Shown one piece after another: positions 54,604 through 64,000 of a stretch of DNA of 64,000 bases. The position numbers and the translations under genes were made by a program. This stretch comes from Octopus sinensis (Eukaryota), in NCBI RefSeq assembly GCF_006345805.1, contig NC_043019.1, positions 8,741,360-8,805,359 on the forward strand, written 5' to 3'. A model generated the notes under the pieces. It was not told the DNA's origin, ran no database searches, and saw only the letters and a list, made by a program, of their open reading frames with translations. Position 1 is the stretch's first letter; every line of letters begins with the position of its first letter.

Positions 54604-54705
54604 CATAACGATCGTTTCTGAAAATGACCGTGCTTTGCTTTACCAGTAAGCTACCAGGTGTAAACCATTCGTTTTATTATTCATTATGTATATCATATAT
54701 GTATC

Positions 54706-54737
<32 letters not shown>

Positions 54738-55272
54738 GTGGGGGGGGGTGCGTGTTTGTGTGTGTATACATCCGAGAAGAACAGAATAGAATAGATAGAG
54801 CAGAGCCACACAGGAGGATTGTAAGTGTCGCTGAGGAGGTCACAGACGTGTGACGATTGATTACCGGAGAATGAACATGAGTTCGAATAATAACAGTAAT
54901 AAACGAGTGAAGAACGAAGATATTCTGAGCGTGTGTTTATCTGGCAAATAAAAACAAATTACCCTCGTGAAATTCAACAAACATCTGTTTCAACCACGAC
55001 CTCTCTCATGAATCTTGCAACACAAATTCATATATTATATATATATATATAATATATATATATATATGTTTGTATGTATATGTATATATGTAGAATATGT
55101 GTGTGTGTGTATATGTATATATATGTATTATATGTATATATATATATAATATATATATAATAATATATATATATATATATATAATATTATTCGAGACAAA
55201 ACCACTATTTTGCAAAACAAACAAGGAAAGACTAATCAATACATAAATTTTAATAAATAGTCAAAAAAACCG

Positions 55273-55315
55273 CCACTACAATCGTTTCTTGTCTTGATCG
55301 ACAATCTTCAGGTGG
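55273..55315 (-). ncRNA. Minimal type I hammerhead ribozyme (minus-strand copy)
   Basis: Exact reverse complement of 55378-55420. Confidence 0.85.
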
Positions 55316-55377
55316 ACTTCCAATAATTCAGTGTCAAATTTGAAGACTTAATAATTTGACACTGAATTATTGGAAGT

Positions 55378-55420
55378 CCACCTGAAGATTGTCGATCAAG
55401 ACAAGAAACGATTGTAGTGG
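55378..55420 (+). ncRNA. Minimal type I hammerhead ribozyme
   Basis: CCAC-CTGAAGA-TTGTC(GATCAA)GACAA-GAAA-C(GATT)G-TA-GTGG. All core nucleotides are present (CUGANGA, GAAA, GUA site), with 4-bp stem I, 5-bp stem II and a minimal self-complementary stem III. Confidence 0.88.
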
Positions 55421-55593
55421 CGGTTTTTTTGACTATTTATTAAAATTTTATGTATGATAAGTCTTTCTGTTTGTTTTGCAAAAAGTGGTTTTGTCTCGAA
55501 TAATATTTTATAATATTTACTATAAAATCGATTTAATCCTAAATCTGATTTTTTCCCTGTAAATTTGGATTTATTCCCTAATATTATTATTAT

Positions 55594-55648
<55 letters not shown>

Positions 55649-56189
55649 TTACATATATACGTACGTGCGTGCGTGCTAGCGCGCACTCACATTTACACGC
55701 ATACATTGCTAATTTAAATGCTATCGTTAGTTAAAGGGTAATAAATTAAATATTATCAGGTGAAATAGCAGTCAATGAAATTAAAATTAAAATTATTAAA
55801 GGGTGCGAAGCAAAATGGATAATTTAATGTTACAGACATGAATCCGGATAAATCCAAGCAGCGATAATTAAAGAGGAGTAATTAATGCCCAACAATATAA
55901 TTAACTCTACAGATTACAGATTTAATGTGAAATGTTAAATTTCAAATCGTATCTTCGCTCTGCAACCCTGCATATTCATAATGTCGGCTTCCGATTCCTT
56001 GGGATATCAATGGTATATTTATTGATTGAAGATTCTGTATTGTCTACAAGTTTTTGATGTAGTTACACATTCTGGGCAAGAAGTGAGGTTTCCGAGCATC
56101 GCAGATTACTGAATACTCTTTTATAAACTTATATATATATACGGCACTTCTTCATGTTGATTTCATCAAAGCGAAATTTATTAAATAAA

Positions 56190-56435
56190 GGCGACGATCC
56201 GGCAGAATGGTTAGCACGCTGGACGAAATACTTAGCGGTATTTCGTCTGCCGCTACGTTCTGAGCTCAAATTCCGTCGAGGTCGACTTTGCCTTTCATCC
56301 TTTCGGGGTCAATTAAATAAGTACCAGTTACGGCATGGGGTCGACACAATCGACTTAATCCGTTTGTCTGTTCTTGTTTGTCCTCTGTGTTTAGCCCCTT
56401 GTGGGCAGTAAAGAAATATGTATTTCGTCCGTCTA
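56190..56435 (+). mobile_element. SINE family A, full length (tail variant 2)
   Basis: Collinear with 37193-37440. Confidence 0.9.
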
Positions 56436-56679
56436 CTGTGCTTAATTGAGCCACAGTTTTCCAGGGACGATCAGTGAGGAACATCGCCAAGAAAGAACTT
56501 TGTAGAAGTGAGTTTCATGGTTTAGAGTTGAAGTGATCTGGGACAAGAAAAAAGTGCGATGTGAATATTATACATGAAAACTTTATGCATTCATAAATGT
56601 GTGTGTGTGCGTATGTGCGTGAGTTTTGGATGTGTGTGTGTGTGATACACGTATATTCGACCGAGGTGTGAGTCTGTTT

Positions 56680-56890
56680 CAGTGTCTGGTTATGTTGAAC
56701 AGTGTAAACCGGTGTTGTGTCTTTTCATGTCGAAACCGGTAAGAGCCGTTCAATAAATAGAGATCAATAATATCTATAACTGAGAAGAAAGAACGAAAAA
56801 AGGAAAAAAAAACTAAAAAGACCCGGGGCCGATACGATTGGCTAAAGTAGCACGCAGTGCCCTAACATGTCCGTCGTCAAACGAGTGGAG
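56680..56890 (+). mobile_element. SINE family D, decayed 3' half
   Basis: AAACCGGTGTTGTG..CCGGGGCCGAT..GACTAA-like..GTGCCCTAACATGTCCG is collinear with 48190-48378. Confidence 0.45.
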
Positions 56891-57203
56891 GCAGTCAAAG
56901 AACAAAGTGTGTGTGTGTGTGTGGATGGGTGTGGTTGGGCAGGTGTGAATATGGGTGCATTTGTGTATACATGCATTTACATACAGATATATATGAAATG
57001 ATATATATATATATATACATATATATATATGAATATATTAAATATATTAATGCATGTATATATACACATATATATATATGTATATGTGTGTATATATGCT
57101 TGTATCTATCTCTATTCACACACACAAACACCCATACATACATAAACATATTCACAGTCATATGTTTTATGAGTAAGAATGCATATCTATCTATCTATCT
57201 ATC

Positions 57204-57255
<52 letters not shown>

Positions 57256-57281
57256 TATACATATGCATACAACACACACAC

Positions 57282-57341
<60 letters not shown>

Positions 57342-57808
57342 TGTATATACATATACATACCCTACATACACACACATATATATATATGTGGTGTGTGTGT
57401 GTGTGTGTGTGTGTGGTATACAGAGTGCGGTGAATAAGTAGCGACAATTTACCCATCGCACACACTGTGTGTGCATCTTTGTATATAAACAAACACTCTG
57501 TGATTATGTGTATTCTTGTCTGCAGGGTTTCTTGCATGAAAGTCTTTACAATTCCTGCCATGTTTCCCACCAAACAGACACCTGTGACACTCACCCAATG
57601 AACGTGCCAACCTTTGGTACAGACATCGCCGTTTACTGTTATTCAGACTCATGTATGAAATTTCGAATACTTCATCATGTTTCTACCGAAGATTTCTACG
57701 GTAGACCCTGTTACGCAGAGACTTCGAGTTCAACGACGAAATAAGCCAGAGATCGAACCCCCGGGGCTGGACAACCACACTAAATTGTAGATACAATTCA
57801 TTTCTAGC

Positions 57809-58090
57809 CTGGCACTTTGGTTGTTACCAATGTTACAATAAATCCGATCAACGGAGCAGCCTGATCGTAAAGTTTACAAGTGGCTGAGTACTCCGCAGAC
57901 ATATAAGGTAGTTCTGAGGAAGATCCAGCCTGACACAAAGGGGCGACAAGACTGACCCTTTCAGATACAGGTGCACTTCATTCAGTGCCTGTTGAGTGGA
58001 CTGCAACAGCATGTAATAACAATACGTCGCTGAAGATCGAACTCAGGACCTTACGATCGTAAGCTAAATACCCTAACCACTAAGACATGA
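57809..58090 (-). mobile_element. Chimeric SINE: family C head and CORE-like segment with family B tail 1
   Basis: Minus-strand head CTTAGTGGTTAGGGTATTTAGCTTACGATCGTAAG..GAGTTCGATC matches 9276. Tail AAAGGGTCAGTCTTGTC..GTCTGCGGAGTACTCAGCCACT..CAGGCTGCTCCGTTGATCGGAT..GTGCCA matches 36908-37076. Confidence 0.7.
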
Positions 58091-58234
58091 ACCAGCACGA
58101 CCTGAAGAAACTGAAGAAATGATATTTCCATTTGTTCATACAGTATTTTCCTCTCTCTCTGTATTAAGACACTATTATGTACTCCAGCAAACATCTTTAT
58201 TCCTATATATACATATACAATGAGTGTATGTGTA

Positions 58235-58318
58235 TGTGTGCGCGTGCGTGTGTGTGTGTGTGAGGATGTGTTTGGGTGTGTGACTGGGTGTGGGTGGGTG
58301 TGAGTGTGTGTATGTAAA

Positions 58319-58378
<60 letters not shown>

Positions 58379-58423
58379 CATCCATCTATCTATCTATCTA
58401 TCCATCTATCTATCTATCTATCC

Positions 58424-58472
<49 letters not shown>

Positions 58473-58474
58473 AT

Positions 58475-58505
<31 letters not shown>

Positions 58506-58640
58506 CTGTCTGTGTGTACATTCGTGCGTGTGTGTGTGTGTGTTCGTGTGTGTGAGGATGTGTTTGGATGTGTGACTGGGTGTGGGTGGGTGTGAGTGTA
58601 TGTATGTAAATATTTATCTATCTATCTATCTGTCTGTGTG
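58235..58640. repeat. ~90 bp direct duplication around a (TATC)n tract
   Basis: GTGAGGATGTGTTTGG.TGTGTGACTGGGTGTGGGTGGGTGTGAGTGT at about 58260 and 58551. Confidence 0.85.
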
Positions 58641-58647
58641 TACATTC

Positions 58648-58688
<41 letters not shown>

Positions 58689-59482
58689 TGTGTGTGACCG
58701 CGTGTATAAAGGTAAATGTATCGGTAGTGAAAATGATATATATGGCTGTGCGTGTGTGTCGGTGTGTGTGTCTGTGTTTGTGTGTATGTGTGTGTGTTTG
58801 TGTGTGCGTCTGTGCGTGAATGCGTTGCGTTTGAGTAGGGTGTATATTTGTGGAATGTGTGTAGAATATAAGCTGTTTGTTATCTAAGATACAGTAACAA
58901 GAGAGGCGGCCATCTTTCGCAAGAGAGGCTGATGACAGTTGACACTGCTAAGTAGAACTTTATACATTGTGAGGAGAGACAGCGATCGATATTTCTGGAT
59001 GGAAGTGTCAATACATCTGTGCATGCGTACGCGCGCGTAGGTGTGTGTATGTGTGTGTGTGTGTGCGGCTGGGTGTGTAGTTAAGAGTATACGTGTTCAT
59101 GGTTATCTCGGTGCGCCTTGTGTGTGTGTGTACGTGTGAATAGATGGTTGTGTAGGAGTTGAGAGATGGGTTCTTTTGTCATTAGTGAAGTGGAAGGTGA
59201 GGAAGAGAGAGAGAGAGAGTGATGCTGATGACTGCAGTTGCAGCGTTGGCGATGGCTGTGGTGGTTGTGTCTATGGTGGTGGCGGTGGAGTTCGTAGCGG
59301 TGGGAAAATGTGGATGCATGATTATATATCCACACACACGCACACACACACACATATATATATGTATATGTATATGTATATATATGTATACGTATGTATA
59401 TGTATATATAATATCTAGAGAGAGAGAGAGAGATAGATAGATAGATATACATATATATATATATATATATACATATATATAT

Positions 59483-59527
<45 letters not shown>

Positions 59528-59648
59528 TGTATATATGTGTATATATGCATATATATATATATATATGTGGTGTGTGTGTATATATATATATACATACATA
59601 CATATATATATATATATAATATTTATATATATATATATACATACATAG

Positions 59649-59722
<74 letters not shown>

Positions 59723-59829
59723 ATAATTTACTCTCTTATTCTTTTATTCTTTTCAGCCATGCGGCCGTTATCATGCTGGAGCACCACCACGGTCTTTCTG
59801 ACTTAGTCTGGGTGTTTCACATCACCACA

Positions 59830-60080
59830 CCTGGGTGTGCCTTCGTCTCAGCTGTTTGGTGTATAAAGGAATTGGATTCCGCTGCCTTCATCTTTACTTC
59901 ATAGTGGGTTGTTCATCTGGCATTGTGGAGAGGAGATCTATTCCTACCTTGTGGAAACTTCTTAATTTTTGTGGCAGGACATTGAAGAGCTGTAGGCATT
60001 TGCACTCTAGACCATTGAAATACCTGGTCCTGAATTTAGAACGAGTGGATCGTACCTTTGGTACAATACAATGGAGGCCT
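59830..60080 (-). mobile_element. CR1/L2-type LINE, 3' end fragment
   Basis: Minus-strand translation GLHCIVPKV..FRTRYFNGL..LQLFNVLPQKLR..DLLSTMPDE resembles a LINE ORF2 C-terminus. Confidence 0.65.
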
Positions 60081-60885
60081 TATATGTATATATATATATA
60101 TATATAAGAATGAATGTTTTTATATATAATGAACGTGAAATACAGGAAGGGACGAACACGGAACACAGACAAATCATTCGAAGCCTTCAATCTTCAGTCA
60201 GACACCGAATCATCATAGCAAATTTCGGCTGTTCAATTCTGATATTTGCTCTAACTCGGCCACCCCAAGAAAAAAACTAAGCTGTAAGCATTAGATTTCT
60301 TGGTAGAAGACAGGAATGTGAACGCACAAGACGGATGTGAATACAAGAGACAAAACGAAATTGAAAACAGTAATGAATAAACAAAATATATATACGGTGG
60401 TTGTCATACGACTTTAGACCAAATGAGACAAAAACAACAACAACAACATAGCTGGCGTAGAATAATTACCGTTTCGGTAGCGGGGACACATGTTGGTCGA
60501 GATACGAAGCCAACAGAATGGTTTAAGAAGCAGCAGGTCGCAGGAGAGAGAGAAAGAGAGACAGAGAGAGAGGGAATCAAAGAGGGTGGAAGGCAGGGGA
60601 CAGAATCAGTGACCAAGAGAAAAGGAGAAAGAAGGGATTAAGGAGGATGGGAGGAAGAGGGGAAGAGGATGGGAGGAAGAGAGGGGAAGAATCGGAGGGC
60701 GCCAAAAAGTTTGCTGAAGAAGCAATGGCGGGTAGAAAAGACAGTGTGTATATATATATATGGCAAGACGACAAAAGAATGAAAGAGACCTCGATATTAT
60801 GTAAATAGATGAATTGATCTGTAAATATAATATATGGCAATTATTCGGAGTTTTATCATGGCTACCGAATATTGTGACATATTAT

Positions 60886-60922
<37 letters not shown>

Positions 60923-61719
60923 TATATATATGTGTGTGTATGTATGTATGTATGTATGTATAATATATATATTAATATTATATATCTATATATATATATA
61001 TTATATTTATATATGTATATACATATAATATACACACATATATATATGTATGTCTATATATATATATATATATTATATATATATACATTACATAACATAT
61101 ATTATTTACATATCTGTGTTTTTTATGTATGTATATATGCATGTGTGTATATTTGTATGCGTATCTATATGTGTGCGTGTACATATAAAGCAGGTTTCTT
61201 TTCCCGAAAGTTTGTAGAAGAAGGCATTATTCTTTTTGTTTCCAAATACAGTTCGTTGTGGTTAGCAACATCGTTAGAGTGTGGCTCCCTCTATACGATG
61301 CTTCTACTCAACGTATCCCCCCTGATAATCAATCCATTTGCGCCATTGTTAGACTCTCGAATCATCTTTGAATGATTAACATATCCAAGGTAACCCCTCC
61401 GACATCACATCCACCCATGACATCACCAAAGTCCTCAAATCGTTTTCTCCAAGGACTCTCCTTTATCTGACAGAACATTTAAGACTCGACAATCATCAGA
61501 TTCGGCTTAAACGTTTCAATTTGCCGATCGCTTGATTTGTTGCAATGGCAACGCGCTAAACCACACAACATTAATCAAAACTTGATAGAAAATTATTAAC
61601 AGAAGCAAAAGAATGATTACGTTATGAAAATCCGGACAGAAATAGACAATTGATTATTGAAGAAATTTCCAGATTGTAATTCAAGGCTTGCAATTATTAT
61701 CCTTCCTAATCTTGACACG

Positions 61720-61900
61720 TGGTCAGAAATACCGAGATGAAGGAAAAGTCGATTAACATCGCTCAAACTGCTCAAGGGGAAAGTAATTTACTGACCCCGA
61801 AAAAACGAACTACAAAATTGACATTGGTGGCACTTGAAGTGAGAAAGTAAAGAGCCGGAAGTAATGATGCTAACCATTTTATCGGATGATTCTACCAGCC
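61720..61900 (-). mobile_element. SINE family A, highly degenerate
   Basis: AGTCGATTAACATCG..TAATTTACTGACCCCGAAA..TTGAA.TGAGAA.GTAAAGAG..AATGATGCTAA. Confidence 0.5.
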
Positions 61901-61949
61901 CTCGTCTTTTACAAAGCTGCTGCTCCATTTGAAGCAATCTCAACATGGT

Positions 61950-63340
61950 GAACCCTGACAACATCGGCGAAGCAAACCCTTTTTACACCCTCTCCGTTGC
62001 ATTATTTGACATCTCGGATATCACTGCAGTTATTAACGAAATTAAAAACAACTCAATTGCAGCTATCCCCGACAGGTATCCCGCTATAGCCCTGAAGGTG
62101 TGCCCACATCAACTGGCATTCGCTTCAGGTATTCTCCAGAGGAAATCAATGGACGCTGGCTATATTCCTGATGATTTCCTATCACAGTCGATGGTCCCAG
62201 TTTTGAAAAAGGGAAACAAATCGCTGAAAATAGATGTCCCCTATCTCATTTCATCAAATTACTGGTGAGATCTCTCGAGGAACTCACTTTCTGGAATCTA
62301 ATAGCTTAGTTGTACCCGATCCGTATGGTTTCGAAAATGGCAGGAACTTCGTAACAACTCCTGCATCAATGTGATGACGTTATAAAAGTTCTGAGAGAGG
62401 GATTCATTGCAGATGTCACATATCTTGACATCTGGAAGGCATTTGATAAGGTTGATCAGAACATCCTACTAAAGAAACTATCTAATACCGGAGTCCGAGG
62501 GAAACTGTTAAAGTGGATTGAACGTTTTCGGAACAGAATTCATCATGTGGTGATGCTGTTCGATCAAGACTCACCAGTGGAGTCCTACAAAGCATCGTAT
62601 TGGTCCCACTCCTTTTCATTATTAACATCAATGTTATGGACGTCACCAAACACAACAGCAGTAGAGCTTTCGCGGATGACTCTGAGCTTCTGAAAGTCAT
62701 GGAGAGGACAAGAGATCGGGTCAAAATTCAATGAAATCTGCTTGCATATATATGCATATTATATATTTCATATATATATGTATATACGTATATATGCAAA
62801 TATGTATATACATGTATCTATATGTGTGTGTATATATATGTATATACATATATATCCATATATACATATGTATATATATATACATATATGTATATATGTA
62901 TATATATATATATATATATCTATATATATATACATATATACACACACACACAAAGACATGTACAAACAGAACCGTGTATACCCAGCAATCTATCCGCTTC
63001 ACCTACCAACGTAGCATTCTATCTAACTGTCTCTCTCCCCCTCTCTCTCTTCATCTCTCTCTCACTCTCTCTCTCTCTCTCTCTCTCTCTCATCTACATA
63101 TGTATATATGTATATGTGTGTGTGCTTAATAGCATATTTCCAGTGGTCGGTAAAAGACAATATGCAACTGATCCACTTCTGTAAAGATGCTGCTCTAAAG
63201 CTTCCATAACTTTTCCCACGGGGAAACACCTCGTGGCATCAAAAATCGTGAGAGACTTCGGAGTAACGGTCAGCAACAAATTAAAGAGAAAACCCTACAT
63301 AAACGACAAACTCAGCAAACAATGCTCCTCGATCTTCAGT
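61950..63340 (+). mobile_element. CR1/L2/Jockey-group LINE reverse transcriptase remnant, interrupted by a microsatellite (62740-63125)
   Basis: Translations: VPVLKKGNKS, DVTYLDIWKAFDKVD..LLKKL..GVRGKLLKWI, SGVLQSIVLVPLLFIININ and RAFADD; after the repeat, IVRDFGVTVSNKL. Multiple frameshifts. Confidence 0.9.
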
Positions 63341-63767
63341 TTTTTTCGGTTTAGAGACTTGTTTTCTCTTTTCACCTTTCGCCCGTCCTCACCTTGCGAT
63401 TTTCGTTGTGTGCCTCTGTGTGTGTGATGCTATGTGCATGTGTGTGTGTGAGACCATGTGTGTGTTGGCGTGTGATTTCGTTGTGTTATTTAGAATTATG
63501 GCGGAATACTGAAAGGCAGATACCAGTTACAAATAATATAAAGGCTGATTACAACGAAGATATTCGTGCAGAATTAACCGACCTCCCTTAGAAATTTGTT
63601 ACAGAGTTCCTTGTCTCCGGAGCACACATCTATCTTTATAAATTCCCTACGAATGTGTATGTATTTGTGTGCATCTGTCTATATTTGTGCATTTGTGAAT
63701 ATCTGTGTATATACGTCGGTTTGCGCATTTGATGGACAATATAGTTATGTATTTACTCTACTATACG

Positions 63768-63804
<37 letters not shown>

Positions 63805-63837
63805 TGACAGATACACACATGCACACACATCTATATC

Positions 63838-63897
<60 letters not shown>

Positions 63898-64000
63898 AGC
63901 ATGTCTATGCCTATATACTTGCGTATGAGCGTGCGAGTGCAGCCGGGGGTATCGAGGCGGAAGCAATAATTCAACAGGTTACCATGCCAACAGATACACC

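Larger units (their letters stand above)
55183..55590 (+). mobile_element. Fold-back Penelope-like terminal repeat: ~155 bp inverted arms, 12-nt spacer, ~80 bp tail
   Basis: 55183-55340 is the near-perfect reverse complement of 55353-55507. Flanked by (AT)n; contains hammerheads. Confidence 0.88.

Noticed and set aside
56735-56750. GAAACCGGTA hammerhead-like stem III
   Set aside because: No CTGANGA or stems nearby; it lies within a decayed SINE D copy.
60150-60205. Minus-strand CTGAAGA..GAAG GCTTC GAAT..GTC, hammerhead-like
   Set aside because: GAAA is mutated and stem I does not pair. Possibly an old Penelope repeat, but not supportable.

Overview
AT-rich, microsatellite-saturated eukaryotic DNA with one 100-N scaffold gap (53676-53775). 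The repeat content suggests a coleoid cephalopod, probably Octopus; this is inferred from SINE and microsatellite character, not from a search. I find no supportable host protein-coding gene. Almost all listed ORFs are translations of simple repeats such as (AT)n, (CA)n, (GATA)n and trinucleotide runs. Recognisable coding remnants are all from transposons: a DD34D mariner, a second Tc1/mariner fragment, a Penelope-like element (RT C-terminus plus GIY-YIG), R4/Dong-type RLE LINE pieces and CR1/L2-type LINE pieces. There are also four tRNA-derived SINE types, two non-autonomous Helitrons and a mariner-type MITE. The most striking structure is a recurring class of fold-back elements in (AT)n tracts, built as [inverted arm]-[short spacer or ORF]-[direct arm + unpaired tail]. 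They belong to at least three or four unrelated sequence families. One (55183-55590) carries an intact minimal type I hammerhead ribozyme on both strands. Another (39281-40942) encloses the Penelope ORF, which ties the class to Penelope-like retrotransposition. Other notable points: head/tail module shuffling among SINEs, a SINE with an internal microsatellite that received a nested SINE, tandem duplications bounded by microsatellites (one duplicating a CRE/CCAAT block), and a compact E2F/ETS/kappaB motif cluster near 1.5 kb. All alignments and translations were done by eye, so boundaries are approximate.
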